This document shows, in pieces, positions 1-8,878 of a stretch of DNA of 64,000 bases (positions within the stretch are counted from its first letter, which is position 1; each line of letters starts with the position of its first letter). Source of the DNA: Flavobacteriaceae bacterium (GTDB lineage Bacteria > Bacteroidota > Bacteroidia > Flavobacteriales > Flavobacteriaceae); the NCBI GenBank assembly GCA_947488595.1, contig CANKZI010000006.1, positions 11,268 to 75,267 of the forward strand. Direction: 5' to 3'. The position numbers were made by a program, and so were the translations under genes. Under the pieces are notes generated by a model. It was not told the DNA's origin. It searched no databases and saw only the letters and a program-made list of their open reading frames with translations.

Positions 1-1794
1 ACCGATTCGCATACCGTAAATGCTGGTGGATTAGGAATGATTGCCATTGGTGTTGGCGGTGCAGATGCTGTTGATGTAATGTCGGGAATGGCTTGGGAAT
101 TAAAATTTCCTAAACTAATCGGCGTCAAATTGACCGGAAAATTATCAGGTTGGACGGCTCCAAAAGACGTTATTCTTAAAGTTGCTGGTATTCTTACTGT
201 AAAAGGTGGAACTGGTGCTATTGTTGAATATTTTGGCGAAGGTGCCACTTCAATGTCATGCACAGGTAAAGGAACCATTTGTAATATGGGTGCCGAAATT
301 GGCGCGACAACTTCGACTTTTGGTTACGATGCCTCAATGGACCGTTATTTGCGTTCAACAGATCGCGCTGATATAGCCGATGAAGCCAATAAAATCGCAA
401 GTTATTTGACCGGTGATGCCGAAGTATATGCCAATCCAGAGTTGTATTTTGATCAAGTTATCGAAATCAATTTAAGCGAGTTAGAGCCTTATTTGAACGG
501 TCCCTTTACCCCAGATTTGGCTACGCCGATTTCTAAAATGAAAGAAGAAGCCATTAAAAACAATTGGCCTTTAAAAATACAATATGGTTTAATCGGTTCT
601 TGTACCAATTCTTCTTATGAAGATATTGCCCGTGCCGCTTCATTGGCCAAGCAAGTTGCCGATAAAAACCTAAAAACAAAATCCAATTTTACGATTACTC
701 CTGGATCAGAATTGGTGCGTTATACCATTGAACGCGATGGATTTATTGCCGCTTTTGACAAAATTGGTGCTACTGTTTTTGCCAATGCTTGTGGTCCATG
801 TATCGGAATGTGGGACAGAGAAGGCGCCGAAAAAGAAGAAAGAAATACCATAGTTCACTCGTTCAACCGTAATTTTTCTAAACGTGCCGATGGCAATCCA
901 AATACGTTGGCTTTTGTAGGTTCGCCAGAATTGGTAACCGCCTTGGCGATTGCAGGCGATTTGTCTTTTAATCCTTTAACCGATACCCTTATTAACGAAG
1001 ATGGAATTGCTGTGATGCTCGATGAACCAACAGGTGACGAATTGCCACCAAAAGGATTTGATGTTGAAGATGCAGGTTTTCAAGCGCCATCAGCCGATGG
1101 TTCTGGCGTGCAAGTTGTAGTTTCGCCAACATCAGAAAGGTTACAATTATTAGCTCCTTTTGATGCTTGGGATGGTAAAAACATTACAGGTGCAAAATTG
1201 CTTATAAAAGCTTTCGGAAAATGTACAACAGATCATATTTCTATGGCTGGTCCTTGGTTGCGTTTCCGCGGACATTTGGATAATATTTCTAACAATATGT
1301 TAATTGGCGCTATCAATGCCTTTAATCAAAAAGCCAATTCGGTTAAAAACCAATTGACGGGTGCTTATGATGCCGTTCCTTCTGTAGCAAGAGCTTACAA
1401 AGCAGCAGGCATACCATCAATAGTTATCGGTGATCACAATTATGGCGAGGGTTCATCAAGAGAACACGCTGCAATGGAACCGAGATTTTTGGGTGTAAAG
1501 GCAGTTTTAGTAAAATCGTTTGCTCGTATTCACGAAACCAATTTAAAGAAACAAGGTTTGTTAGGTTTGACTTTTGCCAACGAAGCAGATTATGATAAAA
1601 TTCAAGAAAATGATACCATTAATTTTGTGGATTTAGTAGATTTTGCACCAGCAAAGCCACTAACTCTAGAGTTTGTTCATGAAGATGGATCCAAAGATTT
1701 TATATTGGCGAACCATACATATAACGAAGGACAAATTGGTTGGTTTGTAGCTGGCTCAGCGTTAAATTTAATTGCTGCCGCTGGAAATGCCTAA
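1..1794 (+). CDS. acnA: aconitate hydratase (AcnA type), 5'-truncated by the window edge
   Basis: Frame 1 is open from nt 1 ([10 protein letters not shown]...) into the listed 585-aa ORF. Aconitase Fe-S ligand motifs IGSCTNSS and NACGPCIG are present. A strong hairpin terminator follows. Confidence 0.95.
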   Translation, partial: TDSHTVNAGGLGMIAIGVGGADAVDVMSGMAWELKFPKLIGVKLTGKLSGWTAPKDVILKVAGILTVKGGTGAIVEYFGEGATSMSCTGKGTICNMGAEIGATTSTFGYDASMDRYLRSTDRADIADEANKIASYLTGDAEVYANPELYFDQVIEINLSELEPYLNGPFTPDLATPISKMKEEAIKNNWPLKIQYGLIGSCTNSSYEDIARAASLAKQVADKNLKTKSNFTITPGSELVRYTIERDGFIAAFDKIGATVFANACGPCIGMWDREGAEKEERNTIVHSFNRNFSKRADGNPNTLAFVGSPELVTALAIAGDLSFNPLTDTLINEDGIAVMLDEPTGDELPPKGFDVEDAGFQAPSADGSGVQVVVSPTSERLQLLAPFDAWDGKNITGAKLLIKAFGKCTTDHISMAGPWLRFRGHLDNISNNMLIGAINAFNQKANSVKNQLTGAYDAVPSVARAYKAAGIPSIVIGDHNYGEGSSREHAAMEPRFLGVKAVLVKSFARIHETNLKKQGLLGLTFANEADYDKIQENDTINFVDLVDFAPAKPLTLEFVHEDGSKDFILANHTYNEGQIGWFVAGSALNLIAAAGNA

Positions 1795-1817
1795 ATAATA
1801 TTTCATTTGTAATTGAA

Positions 1818-1846
1818 ACGCTCAAGGTAACTTGGGCGTTTTTTTA
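1818..1846 (+). terminator. rho-independent terminator after acnA
   Basis: ACGCTCAAG-GTAA-CTTGGGCGT forms a 9-bp stem (one G-U pair) and is followed by T7. Confidence 0.8.
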
Positions 1847-1896
1847 GTACTTAAAATAAAAAAAGATAAAATACTCTTTTATTTTAATTTTATTTT

Positions 1897-1904
1897 TAAA
1901 TTTG
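1897..1904 (+). promoter_or_regulatory. candidate Bacteroidota -7 promoter box (TAAATTTG) for the Rrf2 gene
   Basis: Matches the TAnnTTTG consensus, 19 nt upstream of the ATG at 1923. Confidence 0.35.
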
Positions 1905-1922
1905 TAGCGTAATTATTTAGGT

Positions 1923-2357
1923 ATGTTTTCAAAATCTTGCGAGTACGCTATAAAAGCAATGTTATTTGTTGCACAAAAGTCCAAAGACCAATTGCGAATA
2001 GGCGTAAAGGAAATTGCACAAGGAATTGATGCACCGGAACATTTTATTGCAAAAATATTACAAGATTTAGGTAAAAAGAAATTGATACAGTCGGTTAAAG
2101 GACCAAATGGCGGTTTTTATATGGATGATTTAAATCTGCAGTGTGCTATTTCAGATATTGTAAAAGCTATCGATGGCGACGGTATTTATAAAGATTGTGT
2201 GATTGGTTTAAAATTGTGCTCTGAAAAACATCCATGTCCCGTTCATTTTGAATACAAAGAAATCAAGAAAAATTTAATTGCGATGCTTGAAAATAATACA
2301 ATTGGTAATTTCAATGAAAAACTAGATACCGGAAAATTTTTCCTTAAAAATAAGTAA
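1923..2357 (+). CDS. Rrf2 family transcriptional regulator, probable Fe-S cluster binding
   Basis: The N-terminal winged-helix sequence (SCEYAIKAMLFVAQ) is typical of Rrf2. A C-x6-C-x5-C triad (CVIGLKLCSEKHPC) resembles the IscR/NsrR class. Confidence 0.85.
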   Translation: MFSKSCEYAIKAMLFVAQKSKDQLRIGVKEIAQGIDAPEHFIAKILQDLGKKKLIQSVKGPNGGFYMDDLNLQCAISDIVKAIDGDGIYKDCVIGLKLCSEKHPCPVHFEYKEIKKNLIAMLENNTIGNFNEKLDTGKFFLKNK

Positions 2358-2602
2358 CTTTTTTTTATTTAATAAAAGATAAAAAGGTATTAATATATTG
2401 TAATATAGGAGAACGTATGTGTATATGTGAATTTTGCAATTCTTGTTTTTTATTATACAACTAATGATGTGACTAATTGCCTCACTTTTATAGTAAAAAT
2501 AATGAACTAAATTATTGATTATCATTAATTTGTTTTTAATTGAATGCGCTGGCCAAGAAGCAAAAGAGAAAAATACAACCATATAAAATAAACAAAACAA
2601 AC

Positions 2603-4729
2603 ATGAAATTAAGTTTAAAAGGACTGTTCACCATTTTGATAACACTGCAATTTACGCATTCGATTTTTGCCCAAAAAGCAACCAATCTTATTTCAGACAA
2701 CTCGAATTCATTAGGATTGTGGCTTTTGTTGCTTGTAATATTAATTCCTGCTTTGGTTTTTATTGGCGTTTTGTACCTCAAATTCAAAGACCAAGTGACC
2801 GAAAACGAACAATGGAAACAATTAAATAGCAAAACCCATTTTTCTGATTACTTAAATAATTTGAGTAGCAATCAAATACAAAAGTTTATTAATTTTAAAA
2901 ACAATAATAAGTTTGAAAATAATTCTAAAATTGTAAAAACGATTGTTCTTTTGTTATCTTCTACTTCAATTTTTGCTCAAAATCCCAACAATCCAAAATC
3001 CCATTTTTTTAACCAGCCTGGAATTATTATTACAATTATTATTATTTTAATTCCGATTTTATTAGGTATTATTTTTGCCATGGTTAAAGCAAATAATGCA
3101 GTAAAAACGTATCTCAATATGGGTAAAATTGATGAAGCGCACGAATTTGCTGCACACATTAAAGCCATAGATAGCCAAGAAATAGAAGACAGTTTGATAA
3201 AACGCGAGCAGGCTTTGGATTATAATTTATCCAATAATGAACTATCAGGCACTGAGAAAGCCGAAGACAAAATCGGACTTCTAAATAACATTCGTGAGCA
3301 ACACGAAACCCATTTCATTGCTCTAAAAAAGAAAGCCGCTAAAAAACCAAGTCTAGAACCAAATATTGCCAAATTAATAATCTGGTATTTTGGTTGTGCT
3401 ACTTTTTGGCTTGTCGTTGGAACAGGTATTGGCGAATACCTCGGAATTAAATTCGTCGCTCCAGATATAGATCATAGCAGTTGGCTGAGTTTTGGTCGAT
3501 TGCGACCCGTTCATACCAATATCGTTTTTTGGGGTTGGGCCTCTATAGGAATGATTGGATTAGGTTATTATGTCGTTCCAATTGTAAGCAATACCAAAAT
3601 TTTTAGCGTAAAATTAGGTTGGATTGCATTAATCTTAACCAATTTTATGGTCATTTTGGGAACAGTTTGCTTAATGGCTGGTATCAATAATGGTGGTGGC
3701 GAATTCCGAGAATACATTTGGCCTGTTATGGCATTTTTTGCAGTGGCCTTAATTTTAACCTTGGTCAACTTTATAATGACAGTTGCCAATCGAACCACAA
3801 AAGAGATTTATATTTCTAATTGGTATATCGTTTCAGCTATTATTTTCACTATAATTGTTGCCCTAACAGCCTATTTACCTTTTTGGCAAGATGGCGTTTC
3901 CGAGACTATCGTGCAAGGTTATTTTATGCACTCAGGTGTTGGAATGTGGTTCACACTCTTTACTTTAGGATTATTGTATTATTTTATTCCGCAACAAATC
4001 AACAAACCAATTTATGCCTACAGTCTCGGAATTTTAGCCTTTTGGACCCAAATTATCTTTTATACCATAATAGGAACACACCATTTTATTTTTGCACCAA
4101 TCCCATGGTGGTTGCAAACTGTTGCCATTGTAGGAAGTGCCGGAATGATTATTCCCGTTGTCGCTGCAACTATTAATTTTGGAATGACTTTTAAAGGCAA
4201 TTGGCACAAAGTTGCCTCTAGCTATACATTGCCATTTTTTTTGCTTGCTGTAATTTATTATTTTTTAGTATCGATGCAGGGCACAGCCGAAGCGTTTAAA
4301 TTCACCAATTTATTGTGGCATTTTACCGATTTTACTGTTGCACATGCCCATTTAGGATTTTACGGAATCATCACTTTTACGCTTTGGGGCGGAATGTATG
4401 TGGTGCTTCCAAGGTTAACGGGCAAAGAACCACCACAACATTTGGTTGGTGTACATTTTTGGCTGGCTTTTATCGGATTGTTATTTTATTCTATTCCACT
4501 TTCAATCGGCGCAACTTTACGTGGTTTGATGTGGATGGAAGGAAAACCGTTCATCGACAGCGTAGTATTGATGTTTGATTTCTGGGTTTGGCGAGCTATC
4601 GGCGGAAGTTTAATGTTTATTTCGCATTTGATTTTTGCGTATAATTTCTACCGGATGACCACAAAAGAAGTCGAGGAAGTCGATGTAAAAGAGGAGGCTT
4701 TCCGCATTTTAGAACAACAAACCAAATAA
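2603..4729 (+). CDS. ccoN: cbb3-type (C-family) heme-copper oxidase subunit I with a ~250-aa N-terminal extension
   Basis: The C-terminal ~455 aa carry RLRPVHTN, FMHSGVGMWF, FYTIIGTHHF and TVAHAHLGF, which are the heme b, CuB, cross-link Tyr and heme b3 ligand motifs of CcoN. I prefer the ATG at 2603 (MKLSLKG...) to the TTG at 2540. Confidence 0.85.
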   Translation: MKLSLKGLFTILITLQFTHSIFAQKATNLISDNSNSLGLWLLLLVILIPALVFIGVLYLKFKDQVTENEQWKQLNSKTHFSDYLNNLSSNQIQKFINFKNNNKFENNSKIVKTIVLLLSSTSIFAQNPNNPKSHFFNQPGIIITIIIILIPILLGIIFAMVKANNAVKTYLNMGKIDEAHEFAAHIKAIDSQEIEDSLIKREQALDYNLSNNELSGTEKAEDKIGLLNNIREQHETHFIALKKKAAKKPSLEPNIAKLIIWYFGCATFWLVVGTGIGEYLGIKFVAPDIDHSSWLSFGRLRPVHTNIVFWGWASIGMIGLGYYVVPIVSNTKIFSVKLGWIALILTNFMVILGTVCLMAGINNGGGEFREYIWPVMAFFAVALILTLVNFIMTVANRTTKEIYISNWYIVSAIIFTIIVALTAYLPFWQDGVSETIVQGYFMHSGVGMWFTLFTLGLLYYFIPQQINKPIYAYSLGILAFWTQIIFYTIIGTHHFIFAPIPWWLQTVAIVGSAGMIIPVVAATINFGMTFKGNWHKVASSYTLPFFLLAVIYYFLVSMQGTAEAFKFTNLLWHFTDFTVAHAHLGFYGIITFTLWGGMYVVLPRLTGKEPPQHLVGVHFWLAFIGLLFYSIPLSIGATLRGLMWMEGKPFIDSVVLMFDFWVWRAIGGSLMFISHLIFAYNFYRMTTKEVEEVDVKEEAFRILEQQTK

Positions 4730-4737
4730 TTTCAGCC

Positions 4738-5751
4738 ATGAATATCTTCAACAATCACATCCGTTTATACATCACAGCTGGTATTTTATTTGCTTTACTT
4801 ACCTATTTTACAGTTATAATGCCAGCGTTTCAAAATCAATATTCCAATTTGCCGTTGCCTGGGACGAAACCACTTTCTGGGGATGCAAAAGCTGGAAAAC
4901 TGCGGTACATTGCCGAAGGTTGCGTCGGTTGTCACTCACAGCAAGTTAGAAATGTAGAAATGGATAGAATGTTCGGTTCTCGTCCGGGAATGGCAGCCGA
5001 TTATGCCAATATAGGACGCACCAGTATTTGGCAAAACACAGCAACGCTTATGGGAACGGAGAGAACTGGACCCGATTTAACCGATGTTGGCAATCGTCAA
5101 GCCAGTAAAGATTGGAATTTAATGCACCTCTACCAGCCGCGAAGTGTAGTCAAACAATCGATTATGCCTTCGTACAAATGGCTTTTCGAAATGAAATTAA
5201 AGCCGCTAAAAACTGATGTTGTGGTGAGTATGCCAGCCGAATATCTCGACGGTAAACCCGGAAAATTAGTTGCCAAAAAAGAAGCATTGCAATTGGTCGC
5301 TTATATTTTGTCGCTCAAACAAGCACCTTTGCCGACTGGAACTATTCCGCAGGAATTTTTATATAAAAAAGCGGTCGGAGACATTCCTAATTCGAAAACT
5401 GGTGACAAAACCGTTGACGGTGAAGCACTTTATAATGCCAATTGTGTCGCTTGTCATCAAGCCAATGGCGAAGGTTTAAAAGGTGCCTTTCCGCCACTAA
5501 AAGGAAGTCCTGTAGTTACTGGTGAAAACCTTGAATTGTATGTAGATATTATCATGAACGGCTACGATGCCAGACCAGAATATGGCGTTATGGCTGGAGT
5601 TGGAACCAATATGAATTTCACCGAATTTGACGTTGCTGCCATCATCAATTATGAACGAAATGCATGGGGTAACAAAGGCAAAGAAGTCACTCCTGAAGCA
5701 ATTAAAAGAATTATGGATTTTATAAAAATGAAAGTTGCCGCAGAGGAGTAG
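4738..5751 (+). CDS. ccoO: cbb3-type oxidase subunit II (CcoO-like) fused to a C-terminal class I cytochrome c domain
   Basis: N-terminal TM helix, CVGCHSQ heme site, TGPDL and MPSYKWLF motifs match CcoO. A second CVACHQANGEG heme c site lies in the C-terminal ~110 aa. Confidence 0.85.
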   Translation: MNIFNNHIRLYITAGILFALLTYFTVIMPAFQNQYSNLPLPGTKPLSGDAKAGKLRYIAEGCVGCHSQQVRNVEMDRMFGSRPGMAADYANIGRTSIWQNTATLMGTERTGPDLTDVGNRQASKDWNLMHLYQPRSVVKQSIMPSYKWLFEMKLKPLKTDVVVSMPAEYLDGKPGKLVAKKEALQLVAYILSLKQAPLPTGTIPQEFLYKKAVGDIPNSKTGDKTVDGEALYNANCVACHQANGEGLKGAFPPLKGSPVVTGENLELYVDIIMNGYDARPEYGVMAGVGTNMNFTEFDVAAIINYERNAWGNKGKEVTPEAIKRIMDFIKMKVAAEE

Positions 5752-6068
5752 CATAATTTACTGCGTCAGTTCGCTCTTGCAGGCTCGTGTGCGTGCAACC
5801 GGCCGGGAGAATGCACTTTAAGCTTTCACTTCAATCTTTTTTACACTGAAAACGGTGTTTACTGAAGTACGATTAAGGATAAAAGTGAAGTAATACTTTT
5901 CGTAAATAGGAGTAGTAATTCTATTTGAAAGTAAGTTCAAAATAAAATATAAGTAATAACAACAACCTGAATGAACCTTAAACTCCTCAATGGGTAACAA
6001 ACATAAATTAGTAAAATTGTTTAATTAATGCGAATCCTTGCAATTCGTTTAAAAAAAATAAATATAAC

Positions 6069-6323
6069 ATGAAAAAAGCAATCCTATTTTTATTCCTAAT
6101 CCTATTCCAAATTAAAGTTTTTGCCTGTCCAGTTTGCGAGCGCAACCAGCCTAAAGTATTACGTGGCATCGTTCACGGTTCAGGACCAGACAGTAATTGG
6201 GATTACCTAAGTATCATTATCACAATGATTATAGCGATTTTGGCTTTAATCTATTCGATAAAGTGGTTGGTACAACCTAACGAGAATAATCAAAATCATA
6301 TTAAATATTCCATCTTTAAATAA
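6069..6323 (+). CDS. small membrane protein (signal peptide, CPVC motif, one TM helix), function unknown
   Basis: 84-aa ORF with an N-terminal hydrophobic leader ending FA-CPVCERN. It has a C-terminal TM segment (LSIIITMIIAILALIYSI). Confidence 0.6.
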   Translation: MKKAILFLFLILFQIKVFACPVCERNQPKVLRGIVHGSGPDSNWDYLSIIITMIIAILALIYSIKWLVQPNENNQNHIKYSIFK

Positions 6324-6331
6324 ATCAAAAA

Positions 6332-6739
6332 ATGCAAAATAAAAGTTCCGTTTTTATATTTCTAGATGAAGAACAACAACCATTTGGAGAATTTTCAGTG
6401 CCAATTAATTTTGAATTAGATACAACCAAACTCGTCGATGGTGACCACATTCTCAAAATTGTCAGCAAAGATCCAAACGGTAAAGAAGGTATTCGCAAAA
6501 TTCCGTTTTTAGTCAGAAACGGCCCTTCGATTGCAGTAGAAGGCATTTCCGAAAATGACATTGTTGATGGCGTAATCCCGATAATGATTAATGCTTATGG
6601 GAAAGGCGACCAAAAGCAATTCTTGATTGAAGGAAGCGAAACACCGCAATCAACTCCTTCTTGGTTTTGGGCAATAATTATAGGTTTTATTGGCTTTGCG
6701 ATTTATTATTTTACAGTTGAAATGACCAGAGGAAAATAA
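6332..6739 (+). CDS. hypothetical protein with a C-terminal TM anchor
   Basis: 135-aa ORF starting 9 nt after the previous gene. The soluble domain looks beta-rich, followed by the anchor WFWAIIIGFIGFAIYYF. Confidence 0.6.
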   Translation: MQNKSSVFIFLDEEQQPFGEFSVPINFELDTTKLVDGDHILKIVSKDPNGKEGIRKIPFLVRNGPSIAVEGISENDIVDGVIPIMINAYGKGDQKQFLIEGSETPQSTPSWFWAIIIGFIGFAIYYFTVEMTRGK

Positions 6740-6900
6740 TAATTATTATTCTATTTTTTGTTAGGTAATTTTTCAATTTTGTCGTTTTGATATTTGAAAA
6801 CATTGGAATTTTGCAAGTTATCGCAATAGTTGTGTAACAAATATCGCACTACCAACTGCTACTTTTATAGAATGAAATCTCTTTACTAAACCGCAATAAA

Positions 6901-7239
6901 ATGAATAATTCAGAAAAATTTCCCAAGTCAGGAAATGAGCAATTAAAAAAAGATGGTTATCCAAAATATCCGGAAAACGAAGATATCTATAATAAGTTTG
7001 ATAAAGAATTCGACATCGATCCTGAAAATATTGCTAAAAATAAGGACATTATTAAAATCGAAAGAAATCCAACCTGGAACGAAAAAAATTTCAATGAAGA
7101 CAAATCAGGTAATGATTTAGATATTCCTGGTGCTGAGTTGGATGATGAACAAGAAAATAATGGAAGCGAAGATGAAGCAAATAACGGATATAGCATCGCT
7201 TCAGCTCTAAATAACAATTCAGACCAAGACAACGAATAA
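6901..7239 (+). CDS. acidic low-complexity hypothetical protein
   Basis: 112-aa ORF rich in D/E/N. Its stop overlaps the next start (TAATG). Confidence 0.55.
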   Translation: MNNSEKFPKSGNEQLKKDGYPKYPENEDIYNKFDKEFDIDPENIAKNKDIIKIERNPTWNEKNFNEDKSGNDLDIPGAELDDEQENNGSEDEANNGYSIASALNNNSDQDNE

Positions 7240-7634
7240 TGAAAGCACAAAAAAAAATAGGCATTTGGATGGATCATGCTAATGCAAATCTCATCGAATT
7301 TGACTCGGATGTTGCAGCAACAAAAACGATATCTTCTGATTTTGATGCCGAAGACAGAGCGGCAACGTTGCAGCGCAGCGAAAATGAAATGCACAACAAA
7401 GAGCAACAAAAGCACAGTACATTTTATAAAAATTTATCGATTGTCATAAAGGATTTTGATGAAGTAATTCTATTTGGACCAACCGATGCCAAAATTGAAT
7501 TGTACAATTTGCTGAAACAGAACCATCAATTTGACAAGATAAAAATCGAAGTTAAAAATTCAGATAAGATGAATTATAAAGAACAACATAATTTTGTTGA
7601 CGACCATTTTAGGAGATTAGCTGTCAAAAATTAG
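7239..7634 (+). CDS. hypothetical protein (131 aa)
   Basis: The ORF is translationally coupled to the upstream gene, and ldhA follows 5 nt downstream. I recognise no motif with certainty. Confidence 0.6.
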   Translation: MKAQKKIGIWMDHANANLIEFDSDVAATKTISSDFDAEDRAATLQRSENEMHNKEQQKHSTFYKNLSIVIKDFDEVILFGPTDAKIELYNLLKQNHQFDKIKIEVKNSDKMNYKEQHNFVDDHFRRLAVKN

Positions 7635-7639
7635 GAATT

Positions 7640-8632
7640 ATGAAAGTAGCCATCTTTGGAACCCAATTTTATGAACGTGACTATTTTAATAAATACAACA
7701 GTGAAGCGCTTCATGAACTGATTTTTTTTAATGAACCATTAAACTCGGCAACGGCACATTTGGCAAAAGGTTTCGTGGCTGTTTGCGTCTTTGTAACTGA
7801 TAAAGTTGATGCACTTTGTATTAAAAAATTATCCGAAGTTGGTATAAAACTTATCGATTTGCGAAGCGCGGGCTATAATAATGTTGCTATTGAAGCAGCC
7901 AAAACTCACAATATAAAAGTATTGCGCGTTCCTGCTTATTCACCACAAGCGATTGCCGAACATGCGGTTGCAATGGTTTTGACATTAAACAGAAAAACAC
8001 ATAAAGCCCATAATCAAGTCCGTGAAAATAATTTTTCGTTACAAAAATTAATGGGTTTTAATCTGTACGGAAAAACAATTGGCATTGTTGGAACCGGAAA
8101 AATAGGTCGCGTATTTTGCCAAATTATGTTGGGCTTTGGATGCAAAATAATTGCTTATGACATCAAGGAAGACGAAGATTTAAAACAAAAAGGAGTGCAA
8201 TATACAACCTTCGACGCCCTGCTTTCTCAATCGGATATTATTTCTATTCATTGCCCTTTAAATTCAGAAACCAATCACCTTTTTGACGCGAAAGCTTTCG
8301 ATACAATCAAGACAGGAAGTATGATTATCAATACCAGTCGTGGTGCAATTATCAATTCAGAAGATGCCATTGTAGCTTTAAAAAAACAACAAATTGGCTA
8401 TTTAGGTTTGGATGTTTATGAAAACGAAAGTAATTTGTTCTTTAAAGATTTATCGCAAACTGTAATTCAAGATGATGTGTTTGAACGATTATTATCCTTC
8501 AACAATGTTTTAATTACGCCGCATCAAGCTTTCTATACACAAGAAGCCGTTGCCGAAATTGCAATGATAACTATTAAAAATTTTACCGATTTTGAAAAAG
8601 GTAATCCGTTAGAAAATGAAGTTTTAATATAA
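7640..8632 (+). CDS. ldhA: D-lactate dehydrogenase / D-isomer-specific 2-hydroxyacid dehydrogenase
   Basis: NAD-binding GIVGTGKIGR motif and full-length similarity in pattern to the D-LDH family (330 aa). Confidence 0.85.
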   Translation: MKVAIFGTQFYERDYFNKYNSEALHELIFFNEPLNSATAHLAKGFVAVCVFVTDKVDALCIKKLSEVGIKLIDLRSAGYNNVAIEAAKTHNIKVLRVPAYSPQAIAEHAVAMVLTLNRKTHKAHNQVRENNFSLQKLMGFNLYGKTIGIVGTGKIGRVFCQIMLGFGCKIIAYDIKEDEDLKQKGVQYTTFDALLSQSDIISIHCPLNSETNHLFDAKAFDTIKTGSMIINTSRGAIINSEDAIVALKKQQIGYLGLDVYENESNLFFKDLSQTVIQDDVFERLLSFNNVLITPHQAFYTQEAVAEIAMITIKNFTDFEKGNPLENEVLI

Positions 8633-8878
8633 AATAGAATTCTGTTTAATCATTTTTTGTTGATTTGATAAATTGGCGCAACAACATCTAAAACATCCGA
8701 AGTTTTCCAATTTTCCGTCGATGACCAACGAAAAGGTACGCGAGTTAGATAATTGTTAATCGGCATATTTAAAATGATTATTCAGAATTTTTTTTAAAAG
8801 CAATCAATCAAATGATAGCATTTGAATTAATGATATCATACTTTGAAATAAAATAATTCAAACATTAAATTTAAAAAC

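Noticed and set aside
218-400. Numerous 60-150-aa ORFs antisense to, or out of frame within, long well-supported CDSs. Examples are 218-400, 3820-4176, 6987-7415, 10469-10798, 20925-21296, 26329-26591, 32915-33367, 37213-37897, 45609-45943 and 51817-52225.
   Set aside because: Each lies fully inside a gene with clear family motifs. Their translations are low-complexity or Cys/Arg/Phe-rich, as expected for shadow frames of AT-rich coding DNA. None has its own promoter or terminator signal.
2322-2832. Two minus-strand ORFs (92 and 98 aa) across the Rrf2-ccoN spacer and the ccoN 5' end.
   Set aside because: Their composition is dominated by I/F/K/N. They overlap the plus-strand genes on both sides, and no homology pattern is recognisable.
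5818-6000. 60-aa minus-strand ORF in the spacer after the oxidase genes.
   Set aside because: Barely at the length cut-off, hydrophobic and low-complexity, with no start context. The spacer is discussed instead for its GC-rich patch.
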